From a virus (lineage: Duplodnaviria; Caudoviricetes), in the IMG/VR virus record IMGVR_UViG_3300028145_000005, positions 1-49,575 of that record: a stretch of 49,575 nt of DNA. One strand, given 5' to 3'. How positions within the stretch are numbered: the first letter of the stretch is position 1; the number at the start of each line of letters is the position of its first letter. The notes below the pieces were generated by a model. That model was not told the origin of the DNA and did no database searches. It worked only from the letters and a program-made list of their open reading frames with translations. The position numbers and the translations under genes are program-made. Of this stretch, positions 1-8,361 are shown in pieces.

Positions 1-275
1 GTGTGCAGGATAAGATCGGCCCCAGGGCACCATTGATCGGCACGCATGATTTGCGCCATGTGCCAGGTCATTCCTCTGCCGGGCCATTCATCGCCAAGGC
101 AGATTTTATGGGACGCGGAATTTTTGATGTGATCTGGCAGCTGCGATTCTTGACCCCGAGGAATCAGGACCGTGACCCCAGAAAATCCGCTGGCGAACTT
201 GGATGTGGACTGAAGGCAGTACGATAGCCACGAGAAATGTTTGGCGCAGGAGACGATGAAAATTTCGGTGCTCAT
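1..275 (-). CDS. Glycosyltransferase-like protein (GT-A fold), 3'-truncated by the window edge
   Basis: Not in the ORF track. Manual translation from ATG 275 (ATGA overlap with the upstream stop): MSTEIFIVSCAKHFSWLSYCLQSTSKFASGFSGVTVLIP...EWPGRGMTWHMAQIMRADQWCPGADLILH, open to the edge. Resembles GT-A N-terminal strands leading towards a DxD motif. Confidence 0.6.
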   Translation of the reverse strand, partial: MSTEIFIVSCAKHFSWLSYCLQSTSKFASGFSGVTVLIPRGQESQLPDHIKNSASHKICLGDEWPGRGMTWHMAQIMRADQWCPGADLILH

Positions 276-1702
276 TTTCGTTCGCGTAATCGGTCTATGA
301 GTGAACCGACCTTATCTCTGTGGAAGATTACTGCCTCGTGGGGGATCTGGCGCAGAAGCGGACTGTTAGGTGGAAAGCTAGGCAATTCTCCAGCACCATC
401 TGGCATCAGTTTCCCACGACTCACAGCCCACGCGAGACACCATAATTTACTGTCGTAAACATTGGCACCCAGCTCGTCTTTACACTCAGTATCAAAAGCG
501 TTGTTGCAATGGCTCATGGTACGCGGGAGCAGTTGCGGAGTATTGGCCGGATAAATGGAAGTTCCATTGACGTGACCTTGGGTGGGGACAATAGGGCCGC
601 AGAATGGCTTCCCGCATCGATCGTACTCCATCTGTAGTTCGTGCAGCCAGGAGGAACGCAGCGGCACGCAATCGGCCTCCAGCCACAGCCACGGTCTGCC
701 CATGTCCTGCATGATGCGAGCGGCGTGTTGCCATGCTGCGGTTTGAGGGAACCGAGTGGCCTTCGGGATTGCGTACGAAGTCTGATGCACCTTAGCAAAA
801 CATGCGCTGGCCTTTGAGGCGATACGCGAGACTGAGCCACGCAGAGTGGTTTGATCGTAGGACAGCAGGGCTTCGTGAGATTGAGAGTTCCCGAGTTCGA
901 GGATCCAATCGAGCATTTTAAGCATCAGGTCCGCGTCCATGTTGCAGACGGGCAGCACGACTACAAAATCTGTTGCTGCGGAGAGTCCCAGCTTGTGGGC
1001 GACAAGGCGTTGAAGAGAGCCGTCCTTGTTTCGGTGGAAAACGACAGCGCCCTTGCGGAGATGATCAAGAGTGCGGACGTTGTGGGCTTTAACTGGACCA
1101 GTGAGATCGATTGATTTGCGGAATGTTGGAGGCGAATCCTTTTCGCCCCAAAGATGATGAAATAAATGACTATCCTTGGCCAATGGCAAAATCGCTTCAG
1201 CCGCCGACACGTCCCAAGCCAGATGTGGCTGGTTGCCGATAAAGGGACTAATCAACTCGAAGGCACTTGGCGGATAAACAGCCACGCCACTCAGGAGCCG
1301 ACGAGGCAATCCCGGCTGGTTGCATTCATAGATGTGGCCAAGGAAATCGCCGTGATATTCGGCCTGGATGCGCTCAAACCAATTGCGTGAGAGTGGCACG
1401 CAGTCCGGCTCAAGCCAAAGGAACGGTTCGTTTAGTCGCTGACAATGCTCGGCGGCTTTCCAGAATAAGGAATTGGCACCCCTGGGCCAGCCGCTGACTG
1501 GTTCCTCTGTTGTAACGATCTGAACGAACCTAAAAACGCGATTGGCGGCGGTCAGGACCTCGACGGCTTGGCCCCAGTCCACGCCAGCATCCACAGCCAG
1601 AATTGCCTTCGTGGCGCTCTTGTCGCCCAACTGCTCCATCCAGTAAAGCAGATCGATGGCGTCTTGGGCGTCACCAGAATGGAAGGGAAGGACGACCTGC
1701 AT
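272..1702 (-). CDS. Tandem two-domain glycosyltransferase-like protein
   Basis: Two homologous halves: VVLPF...FLWLEPDCVPL...AVVFHRNKDGSL and VVLPV...WLWLEADCVPL...AVIFHRDKVGSL. ExD occupies the usual DxD position. Confidence 0.65.
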   Translation of the reverse strand: MQVVLPFHSGDAQDAIDLLYWMEQLGDKSATKAILAVDAGVDWGQAVEVLTAANRVFRFVQIVTTEEPVSGWPRGANSLFWKAAEHCQRLNEPFLWLEPDCVPLSRNWFERIQAEYHGDFLGHIYECNQPGLPRRLLSGVAVYPPSAFELISPFIGNQPHLAWDVSAAEAILPLAKDSHLFHHLWGEKDSPPTFRKSIDLTGPVKAHNVRTLDHLRKGAVVFHRNKDGSLQRLVAHKLGLSAATDFVVVLPVCNMDADLMLKMLDWILELGNSQSHEALLSYDQTTLRGSVSRIASKASACFAKVHQTSYAIPKATRFPQTAAWQHAARIMQDMGRPWLWLEADCVPLRSSWLHELQMEYDRCGKPFCGPIVPTQGHVNGTSIYPANTPQLLPRTMSHCNNAFDTECKDELGANVYDSKLWCLAWAVSRGKLMPDGAGELPSFPPNSPLLRQIPHEAVIFHRDKVGSLIDRLRERK

Positions 1703-1703
1703 C

Positions 1704-1925
1704 TCACGGCATCCTCGACGGCGGCAGTTTGCTCTGGGCTAGGGCCATCTCGGCATTTTGCAGCAGGGCAATGGCTAGTGATCGGGTGTGCTCCGGGCGC
1801 AGGGCCATTTGCAGCACCGGCTTGCTGAACTGGATCATCACAGAGCCTTCCTTGAATCCAACATCGACCCGCAGGCCGGTCGCGTCATCTTCAGGAGTTG
1901 GATAATTGATCGGGATATTATTCAT
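1704..1925 (-). CDS. Hypothetical protein
   Basis: 73 aa, tightly packed in the leftward operon. Confidence 0.6.
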   Translation of the reverse strand: MNNIPINYPTPEDDATGLRVDVGFKEGSVMIQFSKPVLQMALRPEHTRSLAIALLQNAEMALAQSKLPPSRMP

Positions 1926-2142
1926 TAGCTGTCTGTGTTTGAGCTTTGATCCGGTCGTATTCCTGTTCGAGTCTTCCTAATTCGCTGCGCTTTCCCAGCA
2001 CCCAACTGAGCACATCATCAGCACTGGCCAGACTGAGAGCACTTCGCTCGATGGCTGCCGCTGGTGCGCCACTGGCCTGAAGGCTGGCCATGGCCATGCG
2101 CAGATTCTCCTGCATCCGCACAAGTTGTTCCTGAGTTTTCAT
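1918..2142 (-). CDS. Hypothetical helical protein
   Basis: 74 aa, ATGA-coupled to the upstream HNH gene. Confidence 0.6.
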   Translation of the reverse strand: MKTQEQLVRMQENLRMAMASLQASGAPAAAIERSALSLASADDVLSWVLGKRSELGRLEQEYDRIKAQTQTANE

Positions 2143-2771
2143 GGTTTCTCTAAAAGCATCCTCTTCAGCGATGGTGATTTGCGTTTACTCCTAGCGAATG
2201 GCTCAATGTCGCCAGACGGCCAGCCTGCTCGCCGCAATCGACTGTGCAAAGACGTTATCGGCACACCTATTTTTCCAGCGGCATCGGTCACGGTCATCCG
2301 TTGCCCCTGATAGATTATCCACCGCGTTTTGAACCGATTTTTTGCACTGTCAGAAAAAGAAGCCCAACGACAATTATTCGGCTCGTAATTTCCATGCCCA
2401 TCAATTCTGTCGAGCAATGTGCGCGGCGGGCGTTCTCCCATATCGGCAAAAAAGTTGTCAAATGAATGCCAAGCCTCATGCAATGTAATTCCCCTTCCGC
2501 CATAATTCCCCCAGTCCTTGAATTTTGGATCCAGACAACGGCGCTTCATGCACATCCATGAGGAATAAGTACGAGATTGCTTGGCTTTAACCGTGTGCCC
2601 GTGCTTGAACGTGTGGCAACGGACGCATTGGCGCGAAGTTCCGCCGAGCAAATCGTATCTGTAAACTGGCTTCTCCTGCCCGCATTCGCATCGGCACAAA
2701 CAAAATTGCGATCTGCCATCGCCAATAACTGTCCACTTGCCAAACCTGCGTGCTTGAAGGTTAGCGAGCAT
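2139..2771 (-). CDS. HNH homing endonuclease (YGGRGI-type)
   Basis: RFGKWTV...CRCECG, SWMCMKRRC, NYGGRGI, DRIDGHGNYEPNNCRWA, plus a C-terminal HTH-like segment. Confidence 0.85.
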   Translation of the reverse strand: MLANLQARRFGKWTVIGDGRSQFCLCRCECGQEKPVYRYDLLGGTSRQCVRCHTFKHGHTVKAKQSRTYSSWMCMKRRCLDPKFKDWGNYGGRGITLHEAWHSFDNFFADMGERPPRTLLDRIDGHGNYEPNNCRWASFSDSAKNRFKTRWIIYQGQRMTVTDAAGKIGVPITSLHSRLRRAGWPSGDIEPFARSKRKSPSLKRMLLEKP

Positions 2772-3465
2772 GATTTCTTTCCTCTGCGAGAATCCAGCAG
2801 CAATCCGCCAGCCGTTTTTTCAATTCGTCGTCAGTGTGAGCCAGCACATGGGCCAACGGTGTAAACACTTTCAGCGGCAATGGGCAGTCACATGCGGAAC
2901 AGACCGTGAGCTTATCGTCCTGAGCGGTACGCAAAGACAAGTCGTTCTTGATCTCCAGTTGTTTCCTGATCTTGTCGGCAATCTTGCCCGTGAAAAAACT
3001 TTTCCAATCCCCGCCATCATTCTTCGGGCAGGTCGCGCAAACATTCGCTCGATGTTCTGCCACGGCTTGATCGACAGGCTTTCCCCCGTTCCCGAGCCAA
3101 TCGATAAGTACTCCCACTCCAGCCGCAACTCGCCTAATTCCCCCTCCCGCAGCATTTCCGAACCTGTTTTTTTTTGATCCATCGGCCACGTAGCGTTGCA
3201 TGGGCATTTCTTCCTCAACGAACTCGTTCCAATTATGTGCCCTGCAGCGAGCCACGTTCTGTTGCTCTACGTCGTGTTGCACACTCGCCATATCCAGACC
3301 GAGATTGTGTTTCTCGCAAAGATATTTGTTGGCCTTGCGCCGGGCCAATTCCTTTTGGCAGATGGTGGAGAATGAGCCTTCGTCATCCTTCTTCATGCCA
3401 AAGACAGGGTTGATATACCTCCAGCCGTAAGGCGGGAAGGCTGAGAGGCTTTTCATTCTGGCCAT
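2761..3465 (-). CDS. Cys-motif (putative Zn-binding) phage protein
   Basis: Probable start MARMKS at 3465; contains CATCPKN and CSACDCPLPLK. Confidence 0.65.
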   Translation of the reverse strand: MARMKSLSAFPPYGWRYINPVFGMKKDDEGSFSTICQKELARRKANKYLCEKHNLGLDMASVQHDVEQQNVARCRAHNWNEFVEEEMPMQRYVADGSKKNRFGNAAGGGIRRVAAGVGVLIDWLGNGGKPVDQAVAEHRANVCATCPKNDGGDWKSFFTGKIADKIRKQLEIKNDLSLRTAQDDKLTVCSACDCPLPLKVFTPLAHVLAHTDDELKKRLADCCWILAEERNHAR

Positions 3466-3473
3466 AAGCGGGG

Positions 3474-3947
3474 TTAAGTAGTGCCCATCTGGAGGTATTG
3501 GCGCAAGTCCGAATCGGAAAGCGTCTGCACAAAGACATCGAAGGCGAACCGATCCCAAGAGGAGGAACACCTAGTCCAGTAGGCTTGGATCAGTAGGGCG
3601 CGGGTCATGTCTTTAATCAATGGGCTCGACCTCGATGAGGGTGCATTCGTCGGCTTTGCTTTCAACCTTTCGCTGGCTGACCTCAAGAATGACATCGTGC
3701 GCCGTGTCATTTCGTATGAAGCCTGCATATCGGAGGCAGTCAACATGGTATTTCGGGCAAAGGTTATCTGGATCGATGAGGCGACGCCGCAGGCTGATAA
3801 TGCGGATGCGAACGCGATCTGGATTTTCTTTTTCTCCTTTATCCTTTGCCAATGGCTCATCCCGAACAGCGCATTGAGGCTGGGAACCGGGTGCTTGATT
3901 ATCAGCACGATCTTTTGCGTTTCGCTTGATGAAGGATTCGCTGGCAT
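3474..3947 (-). CDS. Overlapping ORF with a RusA-like N-terminal motif; the last 44 codons (3474-3608) may be a separate small gene
   Basis: IVLIIKHPVPSLNALFGMSHWQRIKEKKK resembles the PxSxN...HW..R.K.K segment of RusA-family proteins. Confidence 0.45.
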   Translation of the reverse strand: MPANPSSSETQKIVLIIKHPVPSLNALFGMSHWQRIKEKKKIQIAFASALSACGVASSIQITFARNTMLTASDMQASYEMTRRTMSFLRSASERLKAKPTNAPSSRSSPLIKDMTRALLIQAYWTRCSSSWDRFAFDVFVQTLSDSDLRQYLQMGTT

Positions 3948-3996
3948 TGGGCATTCTTCTGAGAATTTCGTTCTTCGTCACGCATTGTGAATCCAA
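3613..3996 (-). CDS. rusA: RusA-like Holliday junction resolvase (catalytic portion)
   Basis: RVRIRIISLRRRLIDPDNLCPKYHVDCLRYAGFIRND matches the RusA D.DN..K...D.L...G.I.DD catalytic pattern. Confidence 0.7.
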   Translation of the reverse strand: MDSQCVTKNEILRRMPNASESFIKRNAKDRADNQAPGSQPQCAVRDEPLAKDKGEKENPDRVRIRIISLRRRLIDPDNLCPKYHVDCLRYAGFIRNDTAHDVILEVSQRKVESKADECTLIEVEPID

Positions 3997-4032
3997 TCAG
4001 GAAAAAACCCAATGGTCCAGTCTGCCCTTGTA

Positions 4033-4049
4033 GGTAAAACTACGGACTA
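4033..4049 (+). promoter_or_regulatory. Repeated 17-bp regulatory motif GGTAAAACTACGGACTA
   Basis: 16/17 identical to 9016-9032; both copies lie in divergent intergenic regions upstream of rightward gene clusters. Confidence 0.55.
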
Positions 4050-4086
4050 GCGCAAGAGCCACTCCATCATGTAGAAGTAGGCCAAC

Positions 4087-4215
4087 ATGAGAACGACTAG
4101 TCGGAACGGGGCTTACGGCGACATGCGGCTCTTGACCTTTGCTGGGTGTGTCTTTGGCATCGCCAGCTTCCTGGCGGTCGTGATCATGTGGTTTGTGCGG
4201 ATGCTAGTTTTATGA
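4087..4215 (+). CDS. Small single-TM membrane peptide
   Basis: Manual translation: MRTTSRNGAYGDMRLLTFAGCVFGIASFLAVVIMWFVRMLVL; ATGA-coupled to the next gene. Confidence 0.5.
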   Translation: MRTTSRNGAYGDMRLLTFAGCVFGIASFLAVVIMWFVRMLVL

Positions 4216-4397
4216 GCAACGAAGAACGATTCTGCATCGCTTATTGGGATTGGAAGCGGGGGCTGCGCCATGATGAACCCAAGCCTGCTGATTATGGCCT
4301 GGACTTCTGGGCGGGCGAGGCGTTGGCTCGCCAGTGCCATGCAGAATTCGAGAAGCGCAAGATTAACCAGATTTTGAGCAGCCTGCCAGCGGCATGA
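4212..4397 (+). CDS. Hypothetical protein
   Basis: MSNEERFCIAYWDW...; ATGA-coupled at both ends. Confidence 0.6.
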   Translation: MSNEERFCIAYWDWKRGLRHDEPKPADYGLDFWAGEALARQCHAEFEKRKINQILSSLPAA

Positions 4398-4561
4398 GCC
4401 GGGAAGAGGTTGACATACTAATCGTAAAACACGCAGCCGAATGCGTGCAGGAACTCCTGAACACAGTCCGCATCAATGATGGCGTGTCTTGGTTCTTGAT
4501 TATTGATCGGAAAATGCATCGACTCGTGCAGCACATGCAACGAAAGCAAAAGCGCAAATGA
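4394..4561 (+). CDS. Hypothetical protein (55 aa)
   Basis: Manual translation MSREEVDILIVKHAAEC...QRKQKRK; ATGA-coupled at both ends. Confidence 0.55.
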   Translation: MSREEVDILIVKHAAECVQELLNTVRINDGVSWFLIIDRKMHRLVQHMQRKQKRK

Positions 4562-4938
4562 AAATCCTTCTCCCGTTCCTAGTCGCCATCACCGCCCTCG
4601 CCCAATCTCCACCGGCCGCACCGCAAAACCTGCGTCTGGCTAGCACCACCACCACAGACATTATCCCGCTCCCAGTAGTCGCCACTAATGGCCTGTTCAT
4701 GGCGGTGTGGTATTCCCCGCCTTACGTTTTGCGGACAAATGCCGTCTATCAGCCTGATTCTTTCATCTGGCTCCCGGAATACAGCACAGACGGAGTGACT
4801 TGGAATCCCGCGCCGGATTTGATTTACCTACCACCGCGAGCAGTCCGTTCGCCGCCACAACCCTGCACCACCTGCCTGCATTTTACCCAGACGGCCTCCG
4901 CTTCCGATCAGTTACGAATCCGGCGCATGCCCTACTAA
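4558..4938 (+). CDS. Secreted protein with signal peptide and SxDxxxW motif
   Basis: Signal peptide MKILLPFLVAITALA|Q; PAAPQNLRL; EYSTDGVTW. Confidence 0.65.
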   Translation: MKILLPFLVAITALAQSPPAAPQNLRLASTTTTDIIPLPVVATNGLFMAVWYSPPYVLRTNAVYQPDSFIWLPEYSTDGVTWNPAPDLIYLPPRAVRSPPQPCTTCLHFTQTASASDQLRIRRMPY

Positions 4939-4948
4939 ATCCAAATTT

Positions 4949-5494
4949 ATGACAAATGTTCTGGTCGGCTTGACCATTATCAGATTCTTGACTAATTCCG
5001 GGGCGACCACGGTCTGCTCTGATGGCAAAGGTGGGATATGTAGGGAGCAGCGGTACGTAGTGAGCGCCGAGGTCTCGATAAGCCCTAAAGACGCAGACGG
5101 CCAAGCCGTGCCGTATAATTCGGCCATCATACCATGGAGTGTCTATGCAAAAACATGGACGCCATCCACGCCTCCGCTACCACCGCCGCTGCCATTGCGG
5201 ACCAAACCAATGCGCCAAACGAACTTTACGCCATCCTCGTCATTGACTGATCCGGGAATGCTCCTGTCAGCCGCATCGGTGATCGAGCCGGACTGTGAGT
5301 GCCCATTCTTCAGGGTCTCCTTTACGGCTCACACCAATCGCATTTATTCATTCCAACGTTCCCGAGATTTAATGACTTGGGAATTACGCCCACCGGAGGT
5401 TGATGGGGAAGAGGGCGTCATGGGATTCTTCGATGTCTTCGAGGGTGGAGCGATGTACCGAATCGCATCCCGAGAAGGCGTTTTGCCGCCATAA
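4949..5494 (+). CDS. Exported-type protein with C-terminal SxDLxxW...YR domain
   Basis: FRVSFTAHTNRIYSFQRSRDLMTW...FFD...AMYRI after a Pro-rich linker. Confidence 0.6.
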   Translation: MTNVLVGLTIIRFLTNSGATTVCSDGKGGICREQRYVVSAEVSISPKDADGQAVPYNSAIIPWSVYAKTWTPSTPPLPPPLPLRTKPMRQTNFTPSSSLTDPGMLLSAASVIEPDCECPFFRVSFTAHTNRIYSFQRSRDLMTWELRPPEVDGEEGVMGFFDVFEGGAMYRIASREGVLPP

Positions 5495-5513
5495 TCCACA
5501 TAAACCATAACCC

Positions 5514-5798
5514 ATGAGCGAACCAGTCACAGAACCCACTCCCGACGCCCCTTCACCATTGCATCCAATTATGAAATACGGGCTGTCAGCTATTATCGGC
5601 GCTGCGTTGGGCATCCCAACCACGCTGTTCTTTTCCAAGCCTGCGCCCGCCCCAACAGTAGCGGCAGTTAAAGCGCCCACCCTTCCCCGCCAGATCCAGA
5701 TCGTCAGTCTCTTTGATTGCCAGTACATCACCATCAATGAGCCGTTCTTCCTGTTACATCTGCCCACCTGCACCAATACCCATCACTACAGGCAATGA
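5514..5798 (+). CDS. Small membrane-anchored protein
   Basis: Hydrophobic YGLSAIIGAALGIPTTLFF; C-terminal HLPTCTNTHH. Confidence 0.6.
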   Translation: MSEPVTEPTPDAPSPLHPIMKYGLSAIIGAALGIPTTLFFSKPAPAPTVAAVKAPTLPRQIQIVSLFDCQYITINEPFFLLHLPTCTNTHHYRQ

Positions 5799-5801
5799 AC
5801 G

Positions 5802-6071
5802 ATGAGTAGTCCATATCCCAATTTAAGCCCGCAGGGTGAACGTCTTTTTGATCCGTCGGCCATTGATAAGGATATGCAGATTGAGCGACTCCGTGCGGAA
5901 TTTGAGACTGGGCTACGAATCATTGCCCAGAAGGATATGGAGATTGCGCGGCTCAAGGAACACATCCAAAACATGATGGATGAGGCCATGAAGATTTTCG
6001 CCACCTACCTCAACGTACCTGAATCTCGGGCCTTGCAGGAACGCTGGGACTCACTCAAGAATGCGCCATGA
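5802..6071 (+). CDS. Hypothetical coiled-coil protein
   Basis: Repeated KDMQIERLR / KDMEIARLK heptads. Confidence 0.6.
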   Translation: MSSPYPNLSPQGERLFDPSAIDKDMQIERLRAEFETGLRIIAQKDMEIARLKEHIQNMMDEAMKIFATYLNVPESRALQERWDSLKNAP

Positions 6072-6574
6072 AGAAATTCCTCGCCCTTGTTCCTCTCCTA
6101 TTCTGTGCCAGCGCCTTTGGCCAGACCACCAACCTCACCTTTGTCTGGGACACGCCTGCGGGGGCCACTGGCTACCGTTTCTATGAACTCTTCGGACCCA
6201 ACCGCACGCTCCTGGGCACATCACCCACCAACGGCATCGTTATCCCCAACTGGAACATTACTGTGCCCCACACAGTCACCGTGACAGCCACTAACGCCAT
6301 AGGCGAATCCCCGCAGGCTACCCCACTGAATGTGCCGGCTGCGCCTGCCCCAGTCCAGAACCTGCGGCTCATCCCACTGACCATCAACAGCGCCGTGCCG
6401 GGGGTGATCGAAATTAGCCGCGACCTGATCGACTGGAATCAGCGTATCCGATTGGCCTCGGCTGGTCCGGGGGCTGTGGCGGTCACCTGGGTCCAGTATC
6501 CGACCGAGCCGCTCATGTTCATGCGCAGCAAGGCCGGGGCAACCTTCACCGCGCCACCACTGCCAACAAGGTAA
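6068..6574 (+). CDS. Secreted fibronectin type III domain protein with SxDLxxW domain
   Basis: Signal peptide MKKFLALVPLLFCASAFG|Q; LTFVWD...TGYRFY...VTATNAIGES is an FN3 pattern; EISRDLIDW...MFMR. Confidence 0.75.
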   Translation: MKKFLALVPLLFCASAFGQTTNLTFVWDTPAGATGYRFYELFGPNRTLLGTSPTNGIVIPNWNITVPHTVTVTATNAIGESPQATPLNVPAAPAPVQNLRLIPLTINSAVPGVIEISRDLIDWNQRIRLASAGPGAVAVTWVQYPTEPLMFMRSKAGATFTAPPLPTR

Positions 6575-6577
6575 CCC

Positions 6578-6751
6578 ATGTCACTACCTCTACTTTTCTG
6601 GGTTGTTTATATCATCAGCATCCTCTTTGGCTTCTGGAGCAGTTGGCCAATCGGCCCCGCCAACGCCAAGCCACTGAGCCTCACCCTAATCATCTTCATC
6701 CTAATTGGCCTGTTGGGCTGGCAGGTATTCGGGGCGGCGGTGCATAAATGA
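6578..6751 (+). CDS. Small two-TM membrane protein (57 aa)
   Basis: Manual translation MSLPLLFWVVYIISILFGFWSSWPIGPANAKPLSLTLIIFILIGLLGWQVFGAAVHK; ATGA-coupled to the next gene. Confidence 0.7.
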   Translation: MSLPLLFWVVYIISILFGFWSSWPIGPANAKPLSLTLIIFILIGLLGWQVFGAAVHK

Positions 6752-7113
6752 AACGACGCGCCTTCCTTTCTGCCACGGCTGCCCTTTGTGCGGGTGGGCC
6801 GCTGTTGCCGGCCGTGTTGGCAAAAGGCCCGATTGGTGATCCCATCCCGACCCGCGCTTTTCCTCAGACCAAGTTCCATGTCGTGGTGGCTTGCGAATGG
6901 CCCACCGAAGGTTCGTTAGGTGATGTGGTGATTCGCCAGTTTGCCACTGATGATAGCGGCGAAATGTGGAAATTCATTGAGCAGTATATCGACAAATGGC
7001 CTGATTTATACGAGTTGGCCATCTTCGTGGATGGTAAACTCTGGAATCTTCCGACCCTGCCTCCGCTGATTCAGGAACACTGGACCAAGCGCCTAATCAA
7101 AGCCCCTAAATGA
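6748..7113 (+). CDS. Protein with twin-arginine (Tat)-like signal
   Basis: MKRRAFLSATAALCAGG matches the S/T-R-R-x-F-L consensus. Confidence 0.65.
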   Translation: MKRRAFLSATAALCAGGPLLPAVLAKGPIGDPIPTRAFPQTKFHVVVACEWPTEGSLGDVVIRQFATDDSGEMWKFIEQYIDKWPDLYELAIFVDGKLWNLPTLPPLIQEHWTKRLIKAPK

Positions 7114-7319
7114 ATCCCCCGGGCCAATCCTGCGGCAATTGCCGGTTCTCTGAACCCCGAGGCCACTACGATCTTCTTTGCAGACGCCATTCTCCCGCAG
7201 CAAATCCAGAGAACGGTCTGCCCCAATGGCCACTGGTATCCGAGTCTTACTGGTGCGGGGATTGGGAGGCCAAAGGAATTCCAAAAAAAGTTCTTGCAGA
7301 TCCTGTGGCTCAGGATTAG
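7110..7319 (+). CDS. Small Cys-rich metal-binding phage protein
   Basis: CGNC...CRRHSP...WPLV....WCGDW. Confidence 0.65.
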   Translation: MNPPGQSCGNCRFSEPRGHYDLLCRRHSPAANPENGLPQWPLVSESYWCGDWEAKGIPKKVLADPVAQD

Positions 7320-7365
7320 GACTTCATCATTGTGAAGTCAGTAGTCGAACAAAATTTGCCTGATG

Positions 7366-7750
7366 GGAACACCACGAGAGGCCCCGTGCCCATCCTCACT
7401 GGCTTCACACCTAAGTGCGTCGAGGGCGGGCCCAATCCCCTTTTCAGGTCAGGCACGAGTTCCAATCTTCCGCAGGGTTCCATCTACCCTCACTCCTCTT
7501 GGACCTGCTCTGACCTGTCCTTACCCTTTGGTTGGCTTGCTTGGGCATGGTGCGGCGGGAGAACCGCCGACCTCACCCTTGGTCTCCCCCTGTACTTGAG
7601 CATGAAACACCTCACAAGCCAACCTATCCCCTTTACGGCAATCCCGAGTTATAACATGGGCATTTACACATCCAACGAGAGTCTTGCTCAGAGAAGAGAA
7701 GAGACCTTCGGGTTGCGGCTGTGGCCGCATGAGCCCTCGGGATTGCCTGC
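7366..7750 (+). ncRNA. Candidate large structured non-coding RNA (or structured DNA element)
   Basis: Stems 7388-7397/7422-7431, 7445-7452/7510-7517, 7530-7539/7615-7624 and 7637-7648/7736-7747, with nested hairpins including cUUCGg at 7706-7711. Confidence 0.5.
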
Positions 7751-7758
7751 TCTAGTCA

Positions 7759-8361
7759 ATGCCAGCACGCGATTGGGATAAACTACGCCGCCAAGACCGG
7801 GCCAATGGCCATTACCATTCCCTGACTGGCCGCGATTATTCTGCCCCCGTCCGAAGAAAGAAACGTCGCCACAAGCCCCGCCGCTCTGCCCCCAAATTCC
7901 TCCAGTCCAAACCGACCACCAAACCCATCCCGGCTGACACCCGCTGGCTTGTCATCCAAATCGAGGATTCCTTTGCCACCGCTGTCTTTGTCCGCAGAGC
8001 CAATTGCCCATCCTGGCGCTGCACCGGCACCGACCACCCATCCATCTCCTGGTTTACCGGCGTGGTGCACATGCACATTATCAGCGATTGGATCACTCGC
8101 CGTCATTACCCCTTTCGTTGGCTCTATAAAAACCCCGTTCGCACAGCATCCAATCAGCGGACCGAGGAAACCCCGGCTGCCTCTTTGCAAGGGTCATCCC
8201 CCAGCCCGGAATCGTCCCATAATACGGGTCCCTCGTTAAACTCAATCCCTAGCGGTGTGTCGATGCCCGGCGCACTTCCTGCCCCTAGGCTGGCGCAGAC
8301 TGGCGTAACCACGTCCTTGCTGCTTAATTCTTCGCATCCCCTCCTCCCTACCGCTGTGTAG
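7759..8361 (+). CDS. Hypothetical protein with basic N-terminus
   Basis: 200 aa; RRKKRRHKPRR followed by a globular-looking core. The Ser/Pro tail overlaps hairpins. Confidence 0.5.
   Translation: MPARDWDKLRRQDRANGHYHSLTGRDYSAPVRRKKRRHKPRRSAPKFLQSKPTTKPIPADTRWLVIQIEDSFATAVFVRRANCPSWRCTGTDHPSISWFTGVVHMHIISDWITRRHYPFRWLYKNPVRTASNQRTEETPAASLQGSSPSPESSHNTGPSLNSIPSGVSMPGALPAPRLAQTGVTTSLLLNSSHPLLPTAV

Noticed and set aside
2139-2785. Possible direct repeats flanking the first HNH (AGAAATCATG / AGAAACCATG on the minus strand)
   Set aside because: Imperfect, may simply reflect similar start contexts, and gives no unique empty-site reconstruction
7637-7760. Retron msr-msd or group I intron interpretation of the 12-bp inverted repeat domain
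   Set aside because: No reverse transcriptase in the window, no convincing P7 pairing and no interrupted gene
7332-7781. 149-aa ORF and other ORFs over the structured region
   Set aside because: GTG start, Pro/Ser/Gly-rich with no motif; dense base-pairing explains the region better
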